DNA of 64,000 nt from NCBI GenBank assembly GCA_965205015.1, contig OZ242029.1, forward strand, positions 4,896,001-4,960,000. Direction: 5' to 3'. Source of the stretch: Candidatus Poribacteria bacterium. Lineage in GTDB: Bacteria > Poribacteria > WGA-4E > WGA-3G. The translations under genes were made by a program, and so were the position numbers. This document shows positions 31,961 through 41,922 of this stretch, piece after piece. Positions within the stretch are counted from its first letter, which is position 1. The number at the start of each line of letters is the position of its first letter. The notes under the pieces are model-generated. The model did not search any database. It saw only the letters and a list, made by a program, of their open reading frames with translations, and had not been told where the DNA came from.

Positions 31961-33130
31961 ATGAATTCAGAAACCAAAATTTCGTTAATCCAAAGGGCAG
32001 AAGTTCAATTGCAGCCCCAAAACTTCTTAATCTTTTGCCCTCCAGACCAAGAGAACCTATTCACAAAGGACGAGATAATTGAACTCACTACCCCAATTTT
32101 AAACCAAGTAATTCCTCACGATCTTTCAAATGTAAAAAAATCGCAGTGGGTTAAGTTAGAAATTATTGAACTTTTAGGATATCAAAGACCTTCGGGGCTC
32201 AGAACAAAACAAGCAAAACAGTCTAAACCCAAGTTTATACATCAGTTACTCGATATTTTCGTTCAATCAAGCCGTAATTTACAAGTTTGGAATTATGTAC
32301 CGTACGCAGATACCATTATACCGGGCGAATGGAACGCAGAGAGCGAATCTCCCTACCGCTACAAAGATTGCCGTTATCTTCTCGTGTTCCACAACCCTGA
32401 AGGCGTTATCCTGAAAACCACTCTTGTGGATGGAAATAAACTTGCCGAATGGGATACTACTGGAACTCAGACCATTAAATGGCAAGCTAGTGCTAGACGT
32501 AGTTATCGAAATGAAATATCTTCCCAAATCATCGTTAATCCTATCGAAACCCTTCACAACAAAATCAGTACATATATGCAACACCCCTTAGAGGAGAAGT
32601 CAAGATTTATCATTCAAGAGTCCCAAAACCCGGAGTCCCCTTTGATTAAGCAACCACCAACTCCGACATCCTTTTTAACGCATGATGAAATCGCACAAGC
32701 CCTTAGAACTTTGATAGGAAAAGAATTTGACAATCTGGGAACCGGGCAAGAAAGAGGCATGGGTCAAACTCTTGAGAAAGAAGTTATCAAAGCCCTTGGT
32801 TATCAGTCTTACCAACAGACTGACACAGGCGATTATCCTGACTTACTTCACCAATTGATTGAAGTTAAATTCCAGTTCCGAGGCACAATAGATCTCGGTA
32901 AACATCTACCAACCGATCCCTTGCGAATAGAAGCTCCCTGGAATAAATGGGAGATTACTCCCCGAGAAATCCGGTACATTGTTGCCCTGATGGAGCAAGA
33001 TGTCCACGGTAACTTTATTGTTGATTCTATCGTTATCACTTCTGGGGAAAAGTTCAATGAGTATTTCTCAATTTCCGAGGGAACTAACTTCAAAATTCAA
33101 ATCCCTATTCCATTGTCAATTATGCCTTAA
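31961..33130 (+). CDS. Putative type II restriction endonuclease
   Basis: PD-(D/E)xK-like YPDLLHQLIEVK; convergent with and overlapping a methyltransferase gene. Confidence 0.6.
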   Translation: MNSETKISLIQRAEVQLQPQNFLIFCPPDQENLFTKDEIIELTTPILNQVIPHDLSNVKKSQWVKLEIIELLGYQRPSGLRTKQAKQSKPKFIHQLLDIFVQSSRNLQVWNYVPYADTIIPGEWNAESESPYRYKDCRYLLVFHNPEGVILKTTLVDGNKLAEWDTTGTQTIKWQASARRSYRNEISSQIIVNPIETLHNKISTYMQHPLEEKSRFIIQESQNPESPLIKQPPTPTSFLTHDEIAQALRTLIGKEFDNLGTGQERGMGQTLEKEVIKALGYQSYQQTDTGDYPDLLHQLIEVKFQFRGTIDLGKHLPTDPLRIEAPWNKWEITPREIRYIVALMEQDVHGNFIVDSIVITSGEKFNEYFSISEGTNFKIQIPIPLSIMP

Positions 33131-35647
33131 ACTTTCCTCAACAACAAACCGGAGAGAATCATTAAACCTATAGAGATGATATACCAGATCATTGAGCCGG
33201 GCTTCTAATTTCGGCAATCCCTCTACATCCGAAGATAAAATTCTTTTAACCTGAGAGACAATCTCCTTCTGCAACGCAAAGCGAAAAATCGACATTGCAC
33301 AAGTTCCATTAGGAATTGGTACAGGAATAATACCACAAGCCAAAATGTCATTTTGAATTCTTAAATCACATACATCAGAAATTTGAGGTCTCACTTCCCG
33401 CCAAACCACTTCAAGTTCTGACTCACCCAAATGGCAATTAATGATTGGATAATTTTCGAGATAACTTTTCCAATAACGATATCGCCCGGCATAAATAAAG
33501 GTACTCGCTTTCACCTTATGATAAAAATCCAATAATTCAGAATTTAGAAGTCCAAGCAAGTAATAACTTTCTTGTCTCGTCTGATTTTTTGGGAAAATCG
33601 CAAAGCAAGAAGCACCTGACATATAACTTTGTGTGTCTAAAGCAAATGTATTTCGAGCTTTAATATCAGGTGTCACAATTTTAAACGGCCTTTGAAAAAT
33701 CTCAGGTTTCTGATGAACCCATATCTCATACCACTTTCTACCAGCCTCTATAAGATATTGTCTTTTGGAAAGTTTCTCATAATGGGATTTTAAGTAACTA
33801 CCAACATAAGGATAATCATCAAGATTAGCTGCGACAACCCTGTCCTTCTTCATCAAGTGAGGATAGAGCACATAGGTATCGGATTTATCCTTGGTGCCAG
33901 TCCACCGTACCCTCCACCTCTCAATGTTGCTTGCCTGAATGAAAGGATAAATTAAGTTCTTTTCAAGTTTGTAATTTTCAATGAAGGCCTCTGTCATTGG
34001 GTGAATGAATACGCTATCAGCCGTTGTTTTCAAGCCCGATGTTATATCTGTGATTTTCCCCAGTAGAACAGGTCGATTCGCTTCTATTCTAGCAATTACA
34101 CTCCGTTCTGCGGGGGATAAGAAGTGCCAAAAGTCATCATTTTTTGTCGGTTGAACAGATTGAATTACGCGCATCGCAAAACTTGTCTTACGCGCTGGTT
34201 TTGACGGCAGATTTATCCGCTCCTGACAAAAATCTTTGGAAGCATAAGAATGGAAATGGGTAAAAATATTTTCGATATCTTGATAGTTTTTATCATAGTT
34301 AATTTCGCGGAGTAGCCCGAACGGAAATGTTGCGTTTTCGCTTTTGCAATTTTCAAGAACAATAACACAAGGGAGCACAGCGGCTCCAAAAACTTTTGTA
34401 TCAGAAAGATCGAAAAGATGGTTTATGGTAGCCCTTTCAGCAATTACTTTCCTAATACCACTCCCTGCATTCGTCGTCATAAATTTGTTAGAAGTAATAT
34501 AGCCTAGTTTTCCATTTGGCTTTAGCAGTTGAAGCCCCCGTTCAATAAAAAGAGAATAAAGGTCAAACCTTCCTACTGCCGAGTCGAACGATTTTAGATA
34601 AGATTGTTTGGCTCCATTCGTATTCAACCTCTGAATTCTGACATAGGGAGGATTACCAACAACGCAGTCATAGGATCTATCTTTGGTTGCCGCGTGGACA
34701 TCAATAAGCGAATCAGCTTGAACGATTGGGAGACATTTGATTAATGGTAACCGTCCTTGCTCCAATCTCGCCCGCGCTATATATGGAATCAAGAAAGTAA
34801 GGTATCCTAATCGAGATAGCACACAAGCAAAAGGGTTGACATCTATACCAACGATTCTATTATGTTCCACTAAGTCTAAAATTCCATCATTGACCCACTT
34901 ATTGTGAACCAGAAAGTCCTGAAAATAACGTTCTAAGGCAGATATGAGGAATGTCCCTGCTCCGCACGCGGGATCAATGAGTCTCTGAAGAAAGAAGGGA
35001 TTTTCCACATTGTCGTTTCGTTGGGGGGTATACCCAACCCAATCTAGAATATATTCCACGATTCTCTGATCTGTGTAAAATTCTCCTAATGCTTTCCTTA
35101 GTTCCGGCGGGAAATAGGTCATATAAAGGTTAGACACTAAATTTCCATTGAGGTTCTCAACCTGAGAAAATAGAAGTGGTGTTTTAACTAAATTCCAAAC
35201 ATCAGACGTAACACAACTATCCTCTTTCCACCACCAAGAATACAAACCTCCATCAAACGAGCCTTCGGGAAAAATATCAGCCAAGCGAGCGAATTCCGCG
35301 CTAACTTCTCGTCCCGGAATATATTGTTGTTCAAACAAGGAAGTTTCAATCAACCCTATATCAACCGCATATTTTAACAATAGTGCTTGAATCCATATGA
35401 AAATGCTTGTCTCCACACAAAAAATTAGTCGTCCCGGTTCAATTTCCTTATACTGTTCCCATTGAGATGGAAGTTCTATTGTTTTATCACCAAACCTGCC
35501 TTTGGTATTTCGGTGATTCTCTGGCTGAAATGCTTGAATAAGGTGAAATATCAGACTATCAAACACTTCTCTGTTTATCAGTGATAGATCGTAATTTTGA
35601 TCCAAAAATGTTTCTTCTGCTTTTCTATTCTCTTTTCTTAGAGGCAT
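33116..35647 (-). CDS. N6-adenine DNA methyltransferase (gamma class, TaqI/Eco57I-like)
   Basis: LGEFYT, DPACGAGTFL (motif I), VGNPPY (motif IV), DLYSLFIERG, C-terminal TRD-like region. Confidence 0.9.
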   Translation of the reverse strand: MPLRKENRKAEETFLDQNYDLSLINREVFDSLIFHLIQAFQPENHRNTKGRFGDKTIELPSQWEQYKEIEPGRLIFCVETSIFIWIQALLLKYAVDIGLIETSLFEQQYIPGREVSAEFARLADIFPEGSFDGGLYSWWWKEDSCVTSDVWNLVKTPLLFSQVENLNGNLVSNLYMTYFPPELRKALGEFYTDQRIVEYILDWVGYTPQRNDNVENPFFLQRLIDPACGAGTFLISALERYFQDFLVHNKWVNDGILDLVEHNRIVGIDVNPFACVLSRLGYLTFLIPYIARARLEQGRLPLIKCLPIVQADSLIDVHAATKDRSYDCVVGNPPYVRIQRLNTNGAKQSYLKSFDSAVGRFDLYSLFIERGLQLLKPNGKLGYITSNKFMTTNAGSGIRKVIAERATINHLFDLSDTKVFGAAVLPCVIVLENCKSENATFPFGLLREINYDKNYQDIENIFTHFHSYASKDFCQERINLPSKPARKTSFAMRVIQSVQPTKNDDFWHFLSPAERSVIARIEANRPVLLGKITDITSGLKTTADSVFIHPMTEAFIENYKLEKNLIYPFIQASNIERWRVRWTGTKDKSDTYVLYPHLMKKDRVVAANLDDYPYVGSYLKSHYEKLSKRQYLIEAGRKWYEIWVHQKPEIFQRPFKIVTPDIKARNTFALDTQSYMSGASCFAIFPKNQTRQESYYLLGLLNSELLDFYHKVKASTFIYAGRYRYWKSYLENYPIINCHLGESELEVVWREVRPQISDVCDLRIQNDILACGIIPVPIPNGTCAMSIFRFALQKEIVSQVKRILSSDVEGLPKLEARLNDLVYHLYRFNDSLRFVVEESLRHN

Positions 35648-35928
35648 TTAATATTCCTCTCATCAAGTGACAACCACGCGTGCGCAAACTAACAGTTTAC
35701 GCTACAAAATCACGCGGATCATGAAGCATCTTGAATTAAAAATGGTGTCTGTATACTCAAAATCTTGTAAGTAGCAACTTGGGTTATGTTATATAATGTG
35801 ATACCATATTCTAGGGGAGAAGTCAACCCTTTATTTTTCGATTAGTGATTAAAATGGAAATGTTGAGATAAGGTAAATTAACTTTGATTTTCAGAACGTA
35901 AGCCGAATCATTCTGTCGTTCAAAATCC

Positions 35929-35957
35929 TTGACATTACACGTCGAGTTTTATATATT
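35929..35957 (+). promoter_or_regulatory. Sigma70 promoter for epimerase/oxidoreductase genes
   Basis: TTGACA-17bp-TATATT. Confidence 0.6.
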
Positions 35958-36086
35958 ATACCCAAAGTTCACGAACTTTTGGTAATTATTTTTCGTCGAT
36001 TTGAAACCGAGTGGCGTGCTTAATAACAACACTCACACCTCTTATATCGTTAGGATTTATACACAAAATATAGGAGCACAGGAAAT

Positions 36087-37136
36087 ATGCCGAAAATCAA
36101 GGGTCCAGCTATCTTCCTCGCCCAATTTATGCGGGACGAGGCACCATACGACACAATGGAAAATATCGGAAAATGGGTTGCAGGCTTGGGCTACAAAGGT
36201 GTCCAAATCCCCGGTTGGGACGATCGCGTCATTGACATTGGAAAAGCCGCTGAATCCAAAACCTATTGCGATGAATTTAAAGGAACGCTTGACGAGATGG
36301 GGCTTGCAGCGACAGAGGTCGCCGGTTATCTTGCTGGACAGGTCCTGGCTGTGCATCCGGCGTATGAAGTTATGTTTGAGGCGTTCCATCCGCCGGACCT
36401 GCGAGGAGACGAAAGGACTGCGTGGGCAACAGGCGAGCTAACGAAATGTATCCACGCCTCGGTGAACATGGGACTGGATGTTATCCCCGTGCTTTCAGGC
36501 GGCTTCGCGTGGCACACCATCTACCCATGGCCCCAACGTCCCGACGGAATTATTGAGGAGGCATTCAAAGAACTCGCTGCTCGATGGCTTCCACTGCTGG
36601 ACCTGGCACACGATAACGGTCAAGTCTTTGCCTACGAACTTCATCCGGGTTCGGACATCTACGACGGGGCGACCTATGAAATGTTCTTAGATTATACGGA
36701 CAACCATCCCGCTGCCTGCCTCAACTACGACCCAAGTCATTTTCTCCTGCAACAGCTCGACTATATCGACTTCATCCGACTTTACAGCGAACGCATCAAG
36801 GGATTTCACGTTAAGGATGCCGAATTCCGTCCGACAGGTCGGGTTGGCGTTTATGGGGGTTATCAATCCTGGGCTGGACGTGCAGGTAGATTCCGTTCAC
36901 TCGGCGATGGGCAAGTGGATTTCACACAGGTGTTCACACTGCTGACAGAAGCGGGGTACGACAGTTGGGCAGTGCTGGAATGGGAATGCTGCGTCAAAAG
37001 TCCAGAGCAAGGCGCGGCTGAAGGTGCGCCGTTTATCGCTAAACATATCATCGAAACGACGGATGTCGCCTTTGATGACTTCGCAGGTGGAGAAACCGAC
37101 ACGGCACGGAATCGGGATATCCTCGGCTTGAATTGA
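36087..37136 (+). CDS. Sugar phosphate isomerase/epimerase (TIM barrel)
   Basis: AYELHPG, NYDPSH, FHVKDAE, VLEWEC. Confidence 0.85.
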   Translation: MPKIKGPAIFLAQFMRDEAPYDTMENIGKWVAGLGYKGVQIPGWDDRVIDIGKAAESKTYCDEFKGTLDEMGLAATEVAGYLAGQVLAVHPAYEVMFEAFHPPDLRGDERTAWATGELTKCIHASVNMGLDVIPVLSGGFAWHTIYPWPQRPDGIIEEAFKELAARWLPLLDLAHDNGQVFAYELHPGSDIYDGATYEMFLDYTDNHPAACLNYDPSHFLLQQLDYIDFIRLYSERIKGFHVKDAEFRPTGRVGVYGGYQSWAGRAGRFRSLGDGQVDFTQVFTLLTEAGYDSWAVLEWECCVKSPEQGAAEGAPFIAKHIIETTDVAFDDFAGGETDTARNRDILGLN

Positions 37137-37213
37137 AGCGGGCACCCACAAGGAGTGCCCCTACAAACTGTCTACATATCTTGATAATGCACTATAAATT
37201 GGAGTAAGACACT

Positions 37214-38374
37214 ATGGAATCTTGGAATCGGAAATTACGAATGGGTATGGTCGGTGGCGGACAGGGCGCGTTTATTGGCGGTGTCCACCGCATCGCTGCC
37301 ACGCTCGATCAGCAAATTGAAGTCGTCGCTGGGTGTTTCTCACGCGACCCAGACAATACACGAACTACCGGTGCCGAGCTGTATCTCGATCCAAATCGCT
37401 GCTACAACAGTTACACAGAGATGGCGGCAGCCGAAGCCGCGCGTCCCGAAAATGAACGCATCGACTTTGTCAGCATCGTCACACCGAACATCTCCCACTT
37501 TGAGATCGCAAAGACATTTTTGGATGCCGGTTTCCACGTTGTCTGTGATAAACCGATGACTTACAGTCTCGAGGAAGCCGAAGCCCTTGTAAAACTCGTC
37601 GAGGATTCGGGGCTTGTCTTCGCATTGACGCACAATTACACGGGGCATCCACTCGTGCGGCATGCGCGAGCGTTGTTCGCTGACGGTTCCATGGGACAAA
37701 TCCGTAAGGTCATCGTCGAATACCTCCAAGATTTCCTGATGGTCCCGCACGAGAAACTCGGTCAGAAACAAGCCGCGTGGCGTGTTGATCCAGCGCAATC
37801 TGGTATCGGCGGCACGATGGGTGATGTCGGCACACACTGCGTGAACCTACTTGAATACGTCACTGGCGATCCGATCGTTGAACTCTGTGCTGATAAGAGT
37901 ACTTTCCTTCCTGATAGAGTTCTGGATGAGGATGTCAACGCCTTGCTCCGTTTCAAAGGTGGTGGTAAAGGCGTCTTAAGCATCAGTCAGGTCGCCACCG
38001 GCGAAGAAAATGGACTTACGCTCCGCGTCTACGCCGAACAGGGCGCAGTGAAATGGGCGCAAGAGAATCCGAACTATCTCGAACTCTATCGTTACGGTGA
38101 ACCGAGACAGACGCTTACGCGTGGTCAAGGCTACCTCTCTGAAGCAGCAGCAGCAGGCGCACGTATCCCCACTGGACATCCTGAAGGGTATCTGGAAGCC
38201 TTTGCAACGATTTACGTTGGCGTTGTCGAAGCCATTCGCCAACACATTGACGGCGATCCCATGGAAACCGAGGCGTATGATTTTCCGACAGTCTATGACG
38301 GATTGCGCGGTATGCAGTTCATTTACAAAGCGGTTGAATCTTGTGAAAACGGTTCAACGTGGGTTTCAATGTAA
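37214..38374 (+). CDS. Gfo/Idh/MocA oxidoreductase
   Basis: GMVGGGQGAFIG, IVTPN, HVVCDKP, GDVGTH. Confidence 0.9.
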   Translation: MESWNRKLRMGMVGGGQGAFIGGVHRIAATLDQQIEVVAGCFSRDPDNTRTTGAELYLDPNRCYNSYTEMAAAEAARPENERIDFVSIVTPNISHFEIAKTFLDAGFHVVCDKPMTYSLEEAEALVKLVEDSGLVFALTHNYTGHPLVRHARALFADGSMGQIRKVIVEYLQDFLMVPHEKLGQKQAAWRVDPAQSGIGGTMGDVGTHCVNLLEYVTGDPIVELCADKSTFLPDRVLDEDVNALLRFKGGGKGVLSISQVATGEENGLTLRVYAEQGAVKWAQENPNYLELYRYGEPRQTLTRGQGYLSEAAAAGARIPTGHPEGYLEAFATIYVGVVEAIRQHIDGDPMETEAYDFPTVYDGLRGMQFIYKAVESCENGSTWVSM

Positions 38375-38549
38375 ATAGTTATCAGCCATCAGCAGTCAGC
38401 GTAAATAGCCATCAGCCATCAGCAGTCAGCAAGCAGGGTAGACGGGTAGACGGGAAGAAAAGACTGGAAGGATGGATGCCCTCCAATCTTCCAACCTTCC
38501 AACCAAATGCCGATAGCCGACTACCGACAGCCATTAAAAGGAGATAGTC

Positions 38550-39578
38550 ATGAAAACCTCTAACGCAGAACCTTTCCGTGTCGGATTTCTGAACGTAGAC
38601 TCCTATTCACACATGCCGTTGTGGGCACCTCATATCAACCCGCGCCCCGGTGAGAAGGATACACCGTTTACCGGAATGCGGATCACCCACTGTTGGGATA
38701 TTGAATACGAAAAGGCGAAAGCGGTTGCTGAACCTTACGGTTGCGAAGTCGTCAAGAATTTTGACGATATGTTGGGGAAGGTAGACGGCGTGATCTCCGG
38801 TGGCTACTATAACCACCCATGGAACCACATTCTCCATGAACCGTATCTCGAAGCGGGTTTGCCGAACCTGATCAACCGGCCGTTCGCAAACTCCCTGGCG
38901 AAGGCGCGACAGATGATTGAACTGGCGCAGAAGCACGGCGCGACTATCCTTGCGCCATCGAGCCATGAGCACAACGATGCCATCTCACGCGCCAAGGCGT
39001 GGGCAAGCGATAAACAGATCATCTGCTACACGGCGACCAACTCGTTCGATGACTATCCCACGCACGGAATTCATGGGCTTTACATGGTCTGCAGAGCGGT
39101 TGCGGAGGCGGGAAACCCGGTTGTGTCCGTCGCATATCAGGCGGAGAGTTGGCACAGCCCGCCCGGTGTCCTCACCTTCGAGCATGTCGACAGCGACGGT
39201 CGCCAATTCTATGGGACGCTCCATCAAGTGGGCGGTTCGTGGGGAACAGTTCAGATTCACACGCAGGAAGCCTACGGCGGCGAGAATTTCAAAATATACA
39301 CCGGCACCGGCTATCCGTTCGACAAAACAGAGATCTGGGTACCGACGATTTGGGCGTTCCAGAACATGGCACTCCACAATGAGATGCCACAGACGTTTGA
39401 CGAGATTTTACACAAGACGAACGTCTTCCTCGCGGGTTGGAAATCGGTTCTGGAGAATGATGGCAAACCCGTGAAATTAACGGATGTCGCCGAAGGATGG
39501 GAGGCACCCGCTGAACTGCCGAATCATCCCGACCACGATACGGTTTCTCTGTTCCGAAAAAAGTTCGGAGATGTTTAA
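38550..39578 (+). CDS. Divergent Gfo/Idh/MocA-like protein
   Basis: N-terminal Rossmann-like region, EPYLEAGLPNLINRPFA (variant of the EKP motif). Confidence 0.55.
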   Translation: MKTSNAEPFRVGFLNVDSYSHMPLWAPHINPRPGEKDTPFTGMRITHCWDIEYEKAKAVAEPYGCEVVKNFDDMLGKVDGVISGGYYNHPWNHILHEPYLEAGLPNLINRPFANSLAKARQMIELAQKHGATILAPSSHEHNDAISRAKAWASDKQIICYTATNSFDDYPTHGIHGLYMVCRAVAEAGNPVVSVAYQAESWHSPPGVLTFEHVDSDGRQFYGTLHQVGGSWGTVQIHTQEAYGGENFKIYTGTGYPFDKTEIWVPTIWAFQNMALHNEMPQTFDEILHKTNVFLAGWKSVLENDGKPVKLTDVAEGWEAPAELPNHPDHDTVSLFRKKFGDV

Positions 39579-40477
39579 ATCGACTCGAATTGCTGATTCC
39601 AGTCGTGATGGGACTTGGCGATACTTTCGGGATTTAAACGACTCCGAGCGATGAAACCGGGAACATTTTCGCGCCCCGTTGGCAATCCGATTTGGCTATA
39701 GCGCGTATCGACACTCCAACGGACTGTATCGGAACGGTTCGGAAGTCCACGGTGAACAACCCGCTCACTCGTCAGCAAAACATCCCCCGCCGCAAGTTCA
39801 GCCGTAACGACATCACCGGGTGGCAATTCTTCATCGCTGATGCCTCTACCTCCCGTATGCCCAGGGGTCTGATCTTGGTAGTTATGCGCAATCAGATCGT
39901 AACGGTGTGAACCTCGGATGACTTGCATGCACCCGTTTTCCTCGGTCGCCCGAATGAGCGGAAGCCAGACATTCACAACCAACGTTTCACCCGCCTCTTC
40001 AGGGATGAGATACGCCAAATCTTGATGCCACGGAATGACGGTAATTGCTTGCTCCGGCAATTTGGCACGGTAATTAAATTGCGGATGTGCAAAGATCTCG
40101 TCACCGATGAGAGCCCCAACGACATCAAGGAGCGCGGGTGCCGTTCTGAGCGTGAACATCCCCGCGGTTCGGATTTTCTGATCTCGGAAATAGTTACTCC
40201 AAATCCAGTTTGGATCGGAGCAGGCATTTGAGACGCGTGCCAATCTCATTTCAAACGGCGCGTCGTCATACGTATCCGACGGATCAAGGATTCCATGTTT
40301 GATTGCCGCTTGCGTGCCTTCATCAACCAACTGCGCTAACTCATCAATCAACGGCTGAAGTGCCTGGTTCGGCAGCACGTTTCGGACGAACAGAAAACCG
40401 TCGTCGTGAAATTGCTGCTTCTGCTGAGGTGTGAGTCCGTTCTGCTGAGGTAATTCCGAATTGTATTGTGTAGTCAT
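39575..40477 (-). CDS. Phytanoyl-CoA dioxygenase (PhyH) family protein
   Basis: PWHQD, ENGCMQVIRGSH, VHRGLPN, RWSVDTRY. Confidence 0.87.
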   Translation of the reverse strand: MTTQYNSELPQQNGLTPQQKQQFHDDGFLFVRNVLPNQALQPLIDELAQLVDEGTQAAIKHGILDPSDTYDDAPFEMRLARVSNACSDPNWIWSNYFRDQKIRTAGMFTLRTAPALLDVVGALIGDEIFAHPQFNYRAKLPEQAITVIPWHQDLAYLIPEEAGETLVVNVWLPLIRATEENGCMQVIRGSHRYDLIAHNYQDQTPGHTGGRGISDEELPPGDVVTAELAAGDVLLTSERVVHRGLPNRSDTVRWSVDTRYSQIGLPTGRENVPGFIARSRLNPESIAKSHHDWNQQFESI

Positions 40478-40522
40478 TTTTTTAATTATGTACTCCTGAG
40501 CCTGCGACAAGCATAACAAAAA

Positions 40523-40638
40523 GCGCGCAGCCCGTAAGCGTAGCGGAGGGGTTTTTGCTTGGGCATTTTTTCAGATGTACGGAAAGGAACACGCATGTCC
40601 CAACCCACCTCACCGAAACGCAAGGAAAAATTAAAAAA
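40523..40638. repeat. Dispersed ~110-bp element (inverted copy)
   Basis: GCAGCCCGTAAGCGTAGCGGAGGGGTTTTTGC...CGCAAGGAAAAATTAAAAAA. Confidence 0.65.
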
Positions 40639-41686
40639 TTGCAACAGCCCTGCCAATTTCACTGGATTCCATCGCTGCATCGAGCATTTGCATTAGCATC
40701 ACCGCCTGCGAACCGGGATTCAGGGATTCATCGCCCTCTCGAATTGCCCGAATGAATTCCCGCGCCTGAAGCGTTATATCGTCCGCCTTTTGTGGTGGTG
40801 CTTTTATAGGTTTGACTTTAACGCCGTCCGGTGTCCCAACCAGCAGCTTTCCACTTTCGAGCCCTGCCTTCGTGCCGTACAGTTGAAACTCCTGCGTCTC
40901 GCTTTTGACCAGATCGCTTCCGGCTGCTGGCGTCTGTCGATTTGTCGTATTCATCGAAAACGCGACGGCAAAATGTAAGGTACAGCCGTTCTCAAACCGC
41001 ACAAACCCGCACGCAGCGTCATCGGCGGTGTAGATTTGTTCAGGAGGCGCGAGATCGGAAAATGTACAATACATCCCAGCCATCACCTCTGTAGGGCGCG
41101 GATTGCCCATCATAAACCAGACGTTATCAATGGCGTGAATACCGAGATCCAAGAGGACCCCGCCCCCCTTCGCTTTATCGTGCCGCCAGCCCCTCGCAGA
41201 ACACCACCGCGTGCGTATCCACCGGGTTTCCGCGTAGTACACGTCCCCGAGTTCTCCAGCCTGCACGAGCCTGCGCCCCTCCATCAACTGGGACGTGAAT
41301 CTCGATTGGCGGACAAACATATACACAAGCCCTTTGGTCGCCGCGAGTTGTGTGACCGGTATTAACTCCGCTGCATTGTTTGAAGGTGGTTTTTCGCAGA
41401 GCACATGTAATCCCAGCTGCACCGCTTCCTGTGAAACAGGGGCGTGCATCCACGTGGGAAGCCCAATGCAGACCGCGTCTAAATCGCAGGCGTCGAACAT
41501 CTGCCGATAATCGTCGAAAACGCGGACGCCCTTAATCCCATCCAAGACCCTTTTTCTACGGGTGGCATCTGGGTCCGCCAAAGCGACGAGTTCTACATTC
41601 GGCTCTCCGGCGAGAATAACGGTTGTACTACTCATCGTCCCACCCACACCAATGATCCCAACCCTGATTGTATCTTTCATCCACAC
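40631..41686 (-). CDS. Gfo/Idh/MocA oxidoreductase
   Basis: VGIIGVG, HVLCEKP, GGGVLLDLGIH. Confidence 0.9.
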   Translation of the reverse strand: MWMKDTIRVGIIGVGGTMSSTTVILAGEPNVELVALADPDATRRKRVLDGIKGVRVFDDYRQMFDACDLDAVCIGLPTWMHAPVSQEAVQLGLHVLCEKPPSNNAAELIPVTQLAATKGLVYMFVRQSRFTSQLMEGRRLVQAGELGDVYYAETRWIRTRWCSARGWRHDKAKGGGVLLDLGIHAIDNVWFMMGNPRPTEVMAGMYCTFSDLAPPEQIYTADDAACGFVRFENGCTLHFAVAFSMNTTNRQTPAAGSDLVKSETQEFQLYGTKAGLESGKLLVGTPDGVKVKPIKAPPQKADDITLQAREFIRAIREGDESLNPGSQAVMLMQMLDAAMESSEIGRAVAIF

Positions 41687-41763
41687 CCTCCATTTCTATC
41701 AACTCAGTTTGAAACACTACAGGTGCGATCTCCGAATCACGAGACACCCCGCAATCAAAACGC

Positions 41764-41792
41764 TTGACATTTCTTGTATGTTCCCATAGAAT
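41764..41792 (+). promoter_or_regulatory. Sigma70 promoter
   Basis: TTGACA-17bp-TAGAAT, about 130 nt upstream of 41923. Confidence 0.65.
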
Positions 41793-41922
41793 ATATCCGA
41801 ATCCGATCTGGCATCCAATCAAATTCCTTGGAAGGACCTGCCACACACTGAGGAGTTGTCAGCAATTGTCTGCAGGTGCCTCCATACCCTAAAACCGATT
41901 CAAAAGGAGGAAAATTCTTCTC

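Larger units (their letters stand above)
31871..35787. mobile_element. AT-rich RM cassette bounded by inverted repeats (possible cargo-carrying MITE)
   Basis: ATAACCCAAGTTG (31871-31883) and CAACTTGGGTTAT (35775-35787); visibly lower GC inside. Confidence 0.45.
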
